A stretch of DNA of 64,000 bases from Gemmatimonadota bacterium (GCA_031372565.1 JANMLN010000054.1:13492-77491), one strand, 5' to 3'. Shown: positions 47,590-56,976, numbered from the stretch's first letter. Notes: generated from the letters alone by a model not told the origin. Program-made: numbers and translations.

Positions 47590-48558
47590 ATGACGCGCCG
47601 AGGCGGCTCGTTCCTCCTCCTGCTGCTGTCGCTCGCGGGCGCGAGTGCACGCGCGCAGGACACCAGCGCAGGGCCGGCAAAGCGCGCGTCCGCGTCCGGC
47701 GAACTCCGGCTCACCTATCTCGGCAACGCGGGCTGGGAGATCACCGATGGCATCTCGGTGGTCCTTGTGGACCCGTTCCTCTCGCAGTTCGCGCGCTGGG
47801 GTCCCGGTAGCCCCGCCGCCGACACGCGACGCGACCGGGTGCTCACCCCCGACACCGCGCTGATCGATCGGCATGTCAAGCGCGCCGATTACATCCTCAT
47901 CACGCACGGTCACAGCGACCACGCCCTCGACGCCGGGTATATCGCGCGTCGCACGGGCGCGACGATCATCGGCCACGAGACAGCGGCCAACCTCGCGCGC
48001 GCCGAACAGGTGCCGGAGCAGCACCTCATCACGGTCATCGGGGGCGAGGACTACGAGTTCGGCGCGTTCTCCCTCAAGGTCATTCCCAACATCCACAGCG
48101 CGCTCGACCAGAAGCACTACTACAACAACGGCCGCGGGATCACCGGGAACGCCCCGCGCGGACTGCGCGCACCGCTGCGATACGCGGACTTCGTCGAGGG
48201 CGGCAACATCGCCTATCTCCTGCGCATGGCCGGGCACGAGGTGCTGATCATGGGCTCCATGAACTACATCGAACGCGAGATGGTCGGTCTGCGCCCCGAC
48301 ATCGCGCTGGTGGGCGCAAACGACCAACGGCGCGAGATCCACGACTACACGGGTCGGCTCATGCGAGCACTCGGCATGCCCGCGCTCGTCATCCCGACGC
48401 ACGCCGACAGCTACGGCGATCCCAACCCGCCGGCTGCCGCAGTCGCGAGCCGCGCGCGCTTCGTCGCCGAGGTCAGAGCGGCTTCACCGCGCAGTCGCGT
48501 CCTGTTGCCGGTCTGGTTCGAGCCGATCGTGGTTCCGAAGCGTCGGGCCGGACGCTGA
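47590..48558 (+). CDS. Exported MBL-fold metallo-hydrolase
   Basis: Signal peptide FLLLLLSLAGASARAQD. LTYLGNAGWEI. HxHxDH motif ITHGHSDHALD. Confidence 0.85.
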   Translation: MTRRGGSFLLLLLSLAGASARAQDTSAGPAKRASASGELRLTYLGNAGWEITDGISVVLVDPFLSQFARWGPGSPAADTRRDRVLTPDTALIDRHVKRADYILITHGHSDHALDAGYIARRTGATIIGHETAANLARAEQVPEQHLITVIGGEDYEFGAFSLKVIPNIHSALDQKHYYNNGRGITGNAPRGLRAPLRYADFVEGGNIAYLLRMAGHEVLIMGSMNYIEREMVGLRPDIALVGANDQRREIHDYTGRLMRALGMPALVIPTHADSYGDPNPPAAAVASRARFVAEVRAASPRSRVLLPVWFEPIVVPKRRAGR

Positions 48559-48589
48559 TCGTGGGCGGGCGCAGCCATCACGCGAGCCG

Positions 48590-49738
48590 ATGACGCTGTT
48601 CGTGCGCGGCCGCAGCCTCTCGGCCGGTGCCATGCTGCTGGTGACCGCGGCCGCCGAGTATCCGCGCTATGATCGCGTGCTGCTCCTCGAGTCGACGTCG
48701 GAGACCTCCGCCAATGCGAGCTTCGGCGACCTGAACGGCGATGGCAATCTCGACATCGTGCTGGCCAAGGGGCGGCACTGGCCACTCGTGGACCGCGTGC
48801 TGATCGGCGACGGCAAGGGCGGCATTCGTGAGGCCTACGATCTGGGCGCAGCGTCCGACAAGTCGTACTCGGCGCGCCTCGTGGACCTCGACGGCGATGG
48901 CGATCTCGACGTGGTGGTCAGCAACGATGCACCGAACCCGAAGCTGGTGTACCTCAACGACGGAACGGGACACTTCACCGTTGGATCGACGTATGGCCGT
49001 CCCGAATGGCCGATGCGGAACGCGACGGTTGCCGACATGAATGGCGACGGCAAGCCGGATATCATCGCGGCCAATCGCACAGGGCGGGCACCGGGGTGGA
49101 ACTACATCTGCCTGAACCGCGGGAACGGGACGTTTGACGCCGACTGCATTGCCTTCTCCCCCGAGCCGTCCACGACGATCACGGCTGCCGATTTCAATGG
49201 CGACGGGATGGTGGACCTGCTCGTGCCGCACCGCAACGGCGGGCAGGGCCGGATCTACTTCGGCGCCAGGAACGCCGATCTCGCACAGTTGCGCAGCATC
49301 CCGTTCGGTCCGGCGGACGGGCAGATCCGCATGGCGGAGGCGGGAGACTTCAACGGTGACGGCACGCTTGATGTCGTGACCATCGACGAGACGCGCGGCA
49401 TTGCCCTTCACCTGGGCATTGGCGACGGGACCTTTGCCGCGCCCGTCGCGATCGGCGACCGGACGCTCATCCCGTATGCGTTGACCGTTGCCGACGTGAA
49501 CTGCGACGGGATGATGGATTTCGTCGTGGGACATGTCACCGCGCCGTCCACGGTGTACTTCAATGAAGGATCCGGACGGCGGTTCACCCCCGTGTCGTTC
49601 GGGGATTCGCGGGGCACCGCCTACGGGATCAGCGTCGGCGACTTCGACCGGGATGGACGTCACGACATCGTCGTGGCGCGATCGGATGCCCCCAACGCGC
49701 TCTACTTTTCGTCGGGTCCCGTCGGGCGTTGCAAGTGA
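48590..49738 (+). CDS. FG-GAP/VCBS repeat protein (7-bladed propeller)
   Basis: Seven repeats: FGDLNGDGNLDIV, VDLDGDGDLDVVV, ADMNGDGKPDIIA, ADFNGDGMVDLLV, GDFNGDGTLDVV, ADVNCDGMMDFVV, GDFDRDGRHDIVV. Confidence 0.9.
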   Translation: MTLFVRGRSLSAGAMLLVTAAAEYPRYDRVLLLESTSETSANASFGDLNGDGNLDIVLAKGRHWPLVDRVLIGDGKGGIREAYDLGAASDKSYSARLVDLDGDGDLDVVVSNDAPNPKLVYLNDGTGHFTVGSTYGRPEWPMRNATVADMNGDGKPDIIAANRTGRAPGWNYICLNRGNGTFDADCIAFSPEPSTTITAADFNGDGMVDLLVPHRNGGQGRIYFGARNADLAQLRSIPFGPADGQIRMAEAGDFNGDGTLDVVTIDETRGIALHLGIGDGTFAAPVAIGDRTLIPYALTVADVNCDGMMDFVVGHVTAPSTVYFNEGSGRRFTPVSFGDSRGTAYGISVGDFDRDGRHDIVVARSDAPNALYFSSGPVGRCK

Positions 49739-49794
49739 CCCCTAACGCTGCCCGCCTTCAACCCGCCCGCATCCACTTTCTGGAGTACGTCCCG

Positions 49795-50265
49795 ATGATC
49801 CGCTCAAGTGTCGTGCTCGTGGCCTTGATGGCCAGCGCACTCCATCGGCTCGATGCGCAATCGGACAACCTGCCCACGAAGCGGGTGATCCAGCCGCCGA
49901 ACTACAAGCCGACCCCGTCGCCGCTCTCGCCCGCGCTCCTGGTTGGCAACACGCTCTACCTGTCGGGCGCGACCGGTGGTGATCCGGTGAGTGGTCAGCT
50001 CGTCGCGGGCGGCTTCGAGCCGGAGCTGCGGCAGATCATGGCCAACCTGCAGACGGTGCTGAAGGCGGCGGACATGGACCTCACGCAGGTGGTGGCCGTC
50101 ACGGTCTACCTCGCCGACATGTCGGACTTCCGTCGCTTCAACGAAGTGTACCGCGAATACTTCGCGGTCGAACCGCTGCCGACCCGTTCGACCGTGGCGG
50201 TCAAGGAACTTGCGCGCGGCGCCCGGGTCGAGATCACCATGACCGCGGTGCGTACCCGCCGCTGA
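49795..50265 (+). CDS. RidA/YjgF family protein with N-terminal signal-like peptide
   Basis: The ATG at 49795 gives MIRSSVVLVALMASALHRLDAQS. Core LYLSGATGGDP...VTVYLADMSDFRRFNEVYREYF...PTRSTVAVKELARGARVEI. Confidence 0.88.
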   Translation: MIRSSVVLVALMASALHRLDAQSDNLPTKRVIQPPNYKPTPSPLSPALLVGNTLYLSGATGGDPVSGQLVAGGFEPELRQIMANLQTVLKAADMDLTQVVAVTVYLADMSDFRRFNEVYREYFAVEPLPTRSTVAVKELARGARVEITMTAVRTRR

Positions 50266-50389
50266 GCGCAGCAATGCACGATGTGTCGGAGTGGTGCATG
50301 CACCGACTGCTCCGCGTGATGAATCATCAGCCGAGGCCATGTCCATGAGCTCTGTCATCCGTTCGCAGGTCGTCGACATTCCGCACAAC

Positions 50390-50713
50390 ATGACCACGAC
50401 GGCCTTCGATATTCACGGCTTTCGCGTGGTCGAGAACATGGGCGTCGTCCGCGGTGTCGTAGTCCGCTCGCGCTCCGTGATCGGTACGTTCGGCGCCAGC
50501 CTGCAAACCCTGTTGGGCGGCAACATCACGCTGTTCACGGAACTCGCCGAGCGCACTCGCCAGCAGGCCTTCGACACGATGCTGCTGCAGGCGCACGCGG
50601 CCGGCGCCAACGCGGTGATCGGTGTTCGCTATGACGCGAACGAATTGATGCAGGGGGTGACTGAAGTACTCTGCTATGGTACCGCCGTCATGATGGAGCC
50701 GTCGGAGCGCTAG
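50390..50713 (+). CDS. YbjQ/UPF0145 family protein
   Basis: MTTTAFDIHGFRVVENMGVVRGVVVRS...GANAVIGVRYD...VLCYGTAV. The family is usually about 105 aa, so the ATG at 50390 is preferred over upstream starts (50291, 50339). Confidence 0.82.
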   Translation: MTTTAFDIHGFRVVENMGVVRGVVVRSRSVIGTFGASLQTLLGGNITLFTELAERTRQQAFDTMLLQAHAAGANAVIGVRYDANELMQGVTEVLCYGTAVMMEPSER

Positions 50714-50724
50714 CGCAGGCGCTG

Positions 50725-53700
50725 CTACGCCGGTGGTCGCGCCGGTACCGCGCCCGCTGCACCGCCCGGTCGCCCCTGTCCACCACCCGGCCCCCCGAAC
50801 CCACCGCGCGGCCGCTTGACGCCATCCGGCACCAGCGCCCACTGCTCCGGCGACAGTACGGCGCGCGCCTGTTCGATCGCCGCCGCGGTCGCGACACGCG
50901 CCTTCTGCAGTTGCGGCTGCAAGGTCGTGAAGGCGTCGCGCGGATCGGGACTCGTTCCCATGCGCGCGAGCAACACGCGCAACGTGTCGCCGATCACGCG
51001 CTGCGCACGCGCGAGCGAATCGCGCACGCCGGTCAGCTGCGCGATCTGATCGGGTGAGAGCGCGAGCGAGTCCTTGCGCGCCAGGATCGAGTCGAGCGGA
51101 TTGGGCAGCAGTTGCGTGATGCGCTCGTTGGTGGCTGCTGCGTCGCTGCCCGAACCGAACACTTGGCGCAACCGATCACGCACCGGGTCTGGTCCGATGG
51201 CCAGTCGCGCCTGCACGGTGAGCAGGAAGGGCGGACGAAACGCATTGGTGGCGAGTGAGGTCTGGCCGAACCGTCCGTTCACCTGATACCGGTACGCGTT
51301 GGACAGCGGGTCGAAGCCGTGCACGGTGAGCAGCGTGTTGTCCGGCCGAGGCGCCTGCCCCCAGCCCTGCATCGCGTTCTCGCCGTGGAGCAGCTGGTCG
51401 AGTCCGACGAGGAAGTTCACGGTGCCCACGGAGAGCGTGAGGCGACGGTCGAGGCCGAACACGGTGGGACGCAGGTTGAACTGGAAGTCGAGACCGCCGA
51501 TCCACGGGCCCGTGCACCCGTTCCGGTCCGCGACCCGCCCGAGCATCGTGCTCAGGCACTCCTTCACGCTGCCGGGCACCACGCCGATCAATCGGCGCAT
51601 GCCGTTGGCGACCGCGGTATCGGTCGCGCTAGCAGGATTGAACACGAACGCCTGATCATTACGTGCGCCGTCGCCATTGATGTCATTGCCGACCAGCGGT
51701 GTGAATGGGGCACCGGAGCTCAGTCGCCCGATCGCCGACACCTCGAGCCAGCTCAATGCGGGCCATGTCACCGTCGTGATGATGCTATGTGTGCGCTGCA
51801 GGTCGCTCGTGGCCCAGCTCCGCACGTTCGGGTCGCCCGCCGTACTCGATCCCACGCCTTGGCCGCCGAAGCTCCCCGGGAAGGAGTTCTGGTCGACCGA
51901 CCGCGTCCAGGTGTAGTTCACGGACGCCTGCACGCCGCGCGCCGTGCTCGCCGCCACGCCAACAATCACCTGCTTGGTGTCCGACTGCAGGTCCGACGAC
52001 GTGAGCAGAACGCGACCGTACGACGGGTTCACGCGTGACGCCGCCAGCGTGGTCGCCCCACTGAACGCGGCAATCGACGCAGCCGGCACGTACACCGGAC
52101 GACCCCCCTCGGTGACGAGCGCAAAGGCCGGCGTGCCGACAAGATTCAAGTCGCGGTAGCCGGTTTGCGAGACACCGAGTGCATAGTTGGCGTCGAGTGA
52201 GAGCGTGACACGCTGCGCGATCCGGTGCGTGACGCCCAACGACGCGCGCCACGCACGCGGCGACTGGAAGTCGGGCGACATGACGGTGGCGTTTGGCTGC
52301 GCGCTGAACGTTGGCGACGGCAGGCCGACACAGCGCGTGGGGATGAGCGCCGGATTTGCCGCCCATGCACTGAAGTCGGGGGTGGGCACGGCCACACCCA
52401 CGCATGCCAGTTGCGACTCGTTCGTGATCAGGCCGGTGGCACCCTGCGCCGCACTCAAGAGTTGCGACGGCGTGAGGCCGCGAAACTCGCCGAAGCCACC
52501 ACGAACAATCGTCGCCGGTCCGAACGGCGCAGCGAGCCCGCCACCTCCGCCGCCGCCGCCGCCTCCACCAAAGCCCCCTGCGCCGCGACCACCACCACCG
52601 CCGCCGCCAGGGCCACCAAAGCCGCCGCGTCCTCCGGCTGCTCCCTCGGGACGATCACTCCCCTGTGCCGACGAGTTGAGCTGCCCGATGGACCAGGTGA
52701 AGCCGAGCCGCGGGCTCAGGTGTGTTTCGGTGGGAAAACGGTCCGTGCGAATGCCGAAGAGCGAGTCGAGTCTCGCGTTGTATGCGGGGGCGCCGTCGAA
52801 GCGCGTGCCCTCGAGTCGCAAGCCGTACGTGAGCTGGAAGGTCGGTCGCACGCGCCAGACATCGCCCGCGTACAGTGCCGCGTTGATCGTGCCACCGTCG
52901 CGGAGTGTGGGGGTCAGCGTGCGCGTGAACGACGCCGGCCGATTCGCCGAGAAGTCCGCGAGCGATGCGTACGTGAAGGTGCCCCAGCGATTGTTGGTGA
53001 CGTCCTGCTGGTAGGTGGAGCGATTCACCAGCGCGCCGAGCTTGAAGCGGTGTGGCGTGCCGATCGGGATGAATGACACCTCCTCGCTCGCCTCGAACCC
53101 GCGCTGGCGCTGCGCCTGCGGCAACGAGCTGTTGCCACCAAACGAGAGCACCGACGCCCCGGTCGTGCCAACGCCAGCCGAGCTGCCCAGGTCGGAAATG
53201 AGCTGCACGCGCCCTGCCGACACGGTCAGGTACGGATCGCTCTGGTTGTCACTCACCGAGGCATACGCGCGCGCCTCGTTGATGATCGCGCCACGATCGG
53301 TGGTAAAGTGCGACGTGACCGAGGCCAGCAGGCCGCCACCCGTGCCGAGCGTGGAGGCGCCGCCGGTCGGGAGTCCGAGCGAGGAGATGCGCGCCGCATC
53401 GGACTCGTTCGAGCGCACATCGAAGCGCAGCGTGAGCGAATGATCATCGCTCGGCTTCGCATCGAGGCGCACGAACAGCTGGTTGCCCGTGCTCGGCCGG
53501 TCGCCGGGAATACCGGCGAGGCTGAGCGGCAGCGAATCGGCGAGCACGCCGGCGAGGAAGGCGGACACCGAATCCGGGCTCGCGCCCAGACGCAGCAGTG
53601 TGGCGCTGTTGGCGCGCGCCGAGAGCAACGAGGTGAGCGGATCGGACCGACCACGCACCTGAAAGGCCGCGAAGGCGAACAGCTTGTCCTGGATGAGCGC

Positions 53701-54567
53701 TCCGCCGAGCCCGCCCGAGAGCGTATTCTGCCGATAGGCCGCACCGAAGGCGCCAGCATCCGACTGCTGCACCGCGAGCGAGGGATCGCGATAGCTGTCG
53801 GTGAGGGTACCCTGCAGCACGTTGGTACCACTGCGCGTGGTGCTGGCGATCTCGCCGCCGGAGAACTGGCCGCGTGCGACATCGTAGGTGCTGGTGATGA
53901 CGCGCGTCGAGCGCACCGCGTCGGGCGGCGCTGACCCGCTGCCGAACGACAGGCCGTCCAGCGTGACGTTGTTGGCGGTCGCGCGCTGCCCGGCAACCGA
54001 GAAGCTGTTGGCCGTGGAATCGCTGCCGCCCAAGCCGAGCACGCCGGGTACGAGCGCCGCGATCGCGGTGAGATCGCTGGCGTCCTCGAGCGGCATGCGG
54101 ACCAACTGATCAGCGTTGAACGCTCGCTCGGTCGAGCCGGGGGTGGGCCGCTCCCGGTCGTTACCCCCCTGCGCAGCGCGCACGGTGACCCCGGCGATCG
54201 ATTGTGCGCCGCCGGAACCGAGTGCGAGCGCGACGTTGGTGATGAGCTGGTCTTCGTCCGCGTCGCGATTGACGAGCACCGTGCGCGGCGTGAAGCCGAT
54301 CGAGCGCACCGCGAGCTGGTACCGTCCGCCACCATCGGGGAAGACGATGACGTAGCGGCCGCGGTCGTCGGTGACGCGCGAGCGCGTGACGCGCGTATCG
54401 AGGCTCGTGGCGGTGACGGTCGCGCCGGCGAGTCCCTTCTTGTCGGGGCCGGTGACGGTGCCGGAGAGGATGTCGGTGGTGCTACCGACTTGGGCGCGGG
54501 CGCGCGCGGGGAGCGCGACGGCGAGCAGCGCCAGCGCGAGGAGCAGGGAAAGCCGGCGGTGGGGCAT
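50725..54567 (-). CDS. TonB-dependent-receptor-like giant OMP (CarboxypepD_reg + plug + barrel) with Gly-rich insert and C-terminal helical LTXXQ-like extension
   Basis: Signal peptide LSLLLALALLAVALPARARAQ. CarboxypepD_reg block GTVTGPDKKGLAGATVTATSLDTRVTRSRVTDDRGRYVIVFPDGGGRYQLAVRSIGF. Plug block FSVAGQRATANNVTLDGLSF. Long beta-rich region. The tail has LSPDQIAQL and LSPEQWALV and ends ...AVPARPPA. Confidence 0.85.
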   Translation of the reverse strand: MPHRRLSLLLALALLAVALPARARAQVGSTTDILSGTVTGPDKKGLAGATVTATSLDTRVTRSRVTDDRGRYVIVFPDGGGRYQLAVRSIGFTPRTVLVNRDADEDQLITNVALALGSGGAQSIAGVTVRAAQGGNDRERPTPGSTERAFNADQLVRMPLEDASDLTAIAALVPGVLGLGGSDSTANSFSVAGQRATANNVTLDGLSFGSGSAPPDAVRSTRVITSTYDVARGQFSGGEIASTTRSGTNVLQGTLTDSYRDPSLAVQQSDAGAFGAAYRQNTLSGGLGGALIQDKLFAFAAFQVRGRSDPLTSLLSARANSATLLRLGASPDSVSAFLAGVLADSLPLSLAGIPGDRPSTGNQLFVRLDAKPSDDHSLTLRFDVRSNESDAARISSLGLPTGGASTLGTGGGLLASVTSHFTTDRGAIINEARAYASVSDNQSDPYLTVSAGRVQLISDLGSSAGVGTTGASVLSFGGNSSLPQAQRQRGFEASEEVSFIPIGTPHRFKLGALVNRSTYQQDVTNNRWGTFTYASLADFSANRPASFTRTLTPTLRDGGTINAALYAGDVWRVRPTFQLTYGLRLEGTRFDGAPAYNARLDSLFGIRTDRFPTETHLSPRLGFTWSIGQLNSSAQGSDRPEGAAGGRGGFGGPGGGGGGGRGAGGFGGGGGGGGGGGLAAPFGPATIVRGGFGEFRGLTPSQLLSAAQGATGLITNESQLACVGVAVPTPDFSAWAANPALIPTRCVGLPSPTFSAQPNATVMSPDFQSPRAWRASLGVTHRIAQRVTLSLDANYALGVSQTGYRDLNLVGTPAFALVTEGGRPVYVPAASIAAFSGATTLAASRVNPSYGRVLLTSSDLQSDTKQVIVGVAASTARGVQASVNYTWTRSVDQNSFPGSFGGQGVGSSTAGDPNVRSWATSDLQRTHSIITTVTWPALSWLEVSAIGRLSSGAPFTPLVGNDINGDGARNDQAFVFNPASATDTAVANGMRRLIGVVPGSVKECLSTMLGRVADRNGCTGPWIGGLDFQFNLRPTVFGLDRRLTLSVGTVNFLVGLDQLLHGENAMQGWGQAPRPDNTLLTVHGFDPLSNAYRYQVNGRFGQTSLATNAFRPPFLLTVQARLAIGPDPVRDRLRQVFGSGSDAAATNERITQLLPNPLDSILARKDSLALSPDQIAQLTGVRDSLARAQRVIGDTLRVLLARMGTSPDPRDAFTTLQPQLQKARVATAAAIEQARAVLSPEQWALVPDGVKRPRGGFGGPGGGQGRPGGAAGAVPARPPA
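52537..52644 (-). repeat. Low-complexity GGN-codon tract encoding a poly-Gly/RGG insert
   Basis: The minus strand encodes GAAGGRGGFGGPGGGGGGGRGAGGFGGGGGGGGGGG inside CDS 50725..54567. A related RPRGGFGGPGGGQGRPGG sits at the extreme C-terminus (about 50740..50810). Confidence 0.85.
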
Positions 54568-54621
54568 GCCTACAAGACGCGCGAGTGCGGTGATGCGTTG
54601 GTGGGGGGGGCGCCACGCCGC

Positions 54622-54673
54622 GCTGCGACGATGCCACCGTCAGCGTCGGTGGCGCGCGTGCTTGCGTCGCAGC
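54622..54673. promoter_or_regulatory. Nested inverted repeats in a divergent intergenic region
   Basis: Outer arms GCTGCGACG (54622..54630) / CGTCGCAGC (54665..54673). Inner arms GCCACCG (54633..54639) / CGGTGGC (54647..54653). Located between the divergent starts at 54567 (-) and 54788 (+). Confidence 0.3.
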
Positions 54674-54787
54674 CGCTGCATGGCATGGCCTGAGCCCTCT
54701 GCCCTCGCGCTGCATCGGCGCTCACTGCATAATCCCCCGGGCCGCAGTTGAGCCGCCTTTCTCGACATGAATCCTCGGTGATGCCAG

Positions 54788-56539
54788 ATGAAGACAGTCC
54801 GAATGCTCGGGATCGCTGCCGCAGCTCTGCTGGTTGTTCTCGCCACGACGACCGCGGCCGCGCAGGGGAGCGCGCCGGAGCGCTTCGACGTCGTGATCCG
54901 CGGGGGACGCGTCATCGACGGCACCGGCAATCCGTGGTTCGCGGCAGATGTAGGCATCCGCGGAGACCGCATCGTGTCGATTGGCGACCTGCGATTGGCG
55001 CGTGCCGCGCGCGAGATCGATGCGCGCGGGAAGTTCGTGACGCCAGGGTTCATCGCGCTGCACGAGCACATCGACCGCGGCATCCTGCAGGGGCGGCGTG
55101 CCGTCGCCAACTATCTCTCTCAGGGCTTCACCACCGCCGTCATCAACGCCGACGGCCTCGAGGGGGGACTCTGGCCGTTGCGGGCGCAGCGCGACTCGCT
55201 GCGCCGACTCGGCCATGCGCTCAACCTTGTGCCGATGGTCGCGCACGGCACCGTGCGTCGCCTGGCCATGGGCACCACGCCGGCGCAGGTCATGCGACCA
55301 GCCACGCCAGCCGAACTCCGGCAGATGGAAGCACTCGTACGGCAGGGCATGGAAGAGGGCGCCTTCGGCATGAGCACGGGGCTCGAGTATCAGCCGATGC
55401 GCTACTCGACCACCGATGAACTCATCGCGCTCGCGAAGGTCGTGGGGGAGTTCGGCGGCCACGTGCAGGCGCACATGCGGTCGCAGGGCCGCTACCCCAA
55501 GTGGCAGCTGCCGAGCCACATGGATCACCCGACCCAGCACAACGTGGACTGGCTCGACGCGATCCAGGAAGGGATCACGGTCGCACGGCGCGCGCAGGTC
55601 CCGTTCTGGTTTGACCATGTGCACCCCAAGGGGCCGCGCGAGTGGGGGATCGCCCGCGCGACCACGGCCACCATCGCGCGCGCATGGGAAGAAGGGCTGC
55701 AGATCTACACGAACATGCACTCGTACGAAGGCTACGCGGAGACGGTCACACTCGTGCCGCGGTGGGCGCTCGCTCGGGTCGAAGTGCCGGGGATGAGCAT
55801 GAGCGACAACTTCCCGCCCGTGGATTTCACCGGAGCGCGCGAGAACATGGAGCGCGCGCTGCAGGACCCGGCGCGTCGCGCGATGATGGAGCAGGACGCG
55901 CTCTACGAGATCGAGCGCCAGGGTGGCTCCGAGGGACTGCTCATCACCGGCTTCCCCGATGCGGCGCTCGTCGGGAAGACGTTGGGCGCCGTCGCGCGCG
56001 AGAAGCAGCTCTCGCTCTTCGATACCGCGCTCTGGCTCGCGCGCAACGGCTTTCCCGATGTGCTGGGCGGCGCGGTCTGGACGATGCGGGCCGTGGGCAT
56101 GGTCGACATCGAGGAATGGATGCGCCATGACTGGAACGGGGTGTCGCTCGACCGCGCCGTGGATGACGTCGCCACGTGCAAGCCGTTCACGCATCCCGGC
56201 ACCTGGGGCACCTCGGGTCGGCTCCTGCGCACCTTCGTGCTCGACCGGAAGACGATCACGATGCCGTACGCGATCCGCTCGCTCACCGGCGTCGGCGCGC
56301 AGGCGCTCGGCCTCACCGATCGCGGGCTCCTCCGCGAGGGGATGATGGCGGACGTCGTCGTCCTCGATCCGGCCACGATCGGCTCTGATGCGACGTATCT
56401 GACGCCGTGCGTCCGGCAGAGCGGTATCGAGGCTGTGCTGGTGAACGGCGCGGTGGTGGTGTCGGCCGGGACGCAGGGGACGGCACTGCCCGGCCGGGTG
56501 CTCGAGCGGCAGCGACCGCGGCGTGCGGGTCCGGCGTAG
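54788..56539 (+). CDS. Exported amidohydrolase of the D-aminoacylase (N-acyl-D-amino-acid deacylase) family
   Basis: Signal peptide AAAALLVVLATTTAAAQG. FDVVIRGGRVIDGTGNPWFAADVGIRGDRIVSIGDL...IDARGKFVTPGFIALHEHID (HxH metal motif). C-terminal GLLREGMMADVVVLDP. Confidence 0.82.
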   Translation: MKTVRMLGIAAAALLVVLATTTAAAQGSAPERFDVVIRGGRVIDGTGNPWFAADVGIRGDRIVSIGDLRLARAAREIDARGKFVTPGFIALHEHIDRGILQGRRAVANYLSQGFTTAVINADGLEGGLWPLRAQRDSLRRLGHALNLVPMVAHGTVRRLAMGTTPAQVMRPATPAELRQMEALVRQGMEEGAFGMSTGLEYQPMRYSTTDELIALAKVVGEFGGHVQAHMRSQGRYPKWQLPSHMDHPTQHNVDWLDAIQEGITVARRAQVPFWFDHVHPKGPREWGIARATTATIARAWEEGLQIYTNMHSYEGYAETVTLVPRWALARVEVPGMSMSDNFPPVDFTGARENMERALQDPARRAMMEQDALYEIERQGGSEGLLITGFPDAALVGKTLGAVAREKQLSLFDTALWLARNGFPDVLGGAVWTMRAVGMVDIEEWMRHDWNGVSLDRAVDDVATCKPFTHPGTWGTSGRLLRTFVLDRKTITMPYAIRSLTGVGAQALGLTDRGLLREGMMADVVVLDPATIGSDATYLTPCVRQSGIEAVLVNGAVVVSAGTQGTALPGRVLERQRPRRAGPA

Positions 56540-56562
56540 CGCGACGCGCGGGCCTACTTCGC

Positions 56563-56976
56563 TCACTTGGGCGGTTTCGTTGCGGACGCCGCGTTGAACT
56601 CGACGGCGGCACGGACGAGCGACTGGAATGCGCGCGCGTCGACCGTGTCGTCCTCATGGATGTCGATGGCGCGTCGCGTGCCGCCGTCGAGACTCGCGTT
56701 GAACAGCGCGTGCGGGTCGTTGAGCGAGGCACCATGGGCGAAGGTCAACTTCACCTTGTCCTTGTAGCGCTCACCAGTGCAGATGATGCCGCCGAGGGAC
56801 CAGACGGGGACGCCCTGCATCGCGTTCGATGGTTTTCGCCATTTCACCTCTTCCACGATGTCGGGGTTCGCATCGTGGATGAGCGCGCGCATCGCGCGCA
56901 GCGTCTCGGCGCGCCAATCCGTGGGCTCGGCGGTGTTCTTGCTGCCCGACTCGGCCTTGTTGTTGTCGAACGCCAT
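56563..56976 (-). CDS. DUF1801 (YdhG-like) domain protein, second copy in window
   Basis: 137 aa, IHDANPDIVEEVKWRKPSNAMQGVPVWSLGGIICTGERYKDKVKLTFAHGASL. Confidence 0.8.
   Translation of the reverse strand: MAFDNNKAESGSKNTAEPTDWRAETLRAMRALIHDANPDIVEEVKWRKPSNAMQGVPVWSLGGIICTGERYKDKVKLTFAHGASLNDPHALFNASLDGGTRRAIDIHEDDTVDARAFQSLVRAAVEFNAASATKPPK

Noticed and set aside
52537-52644. Simple-sequence tract considered as a possible CRISPR or non-coding tandem repeat
   Set aside because: There is no repeat-spacer organisation. It is in frame inside a long CDS and encodes poly-Gly. Reported instead as coding low complexity.
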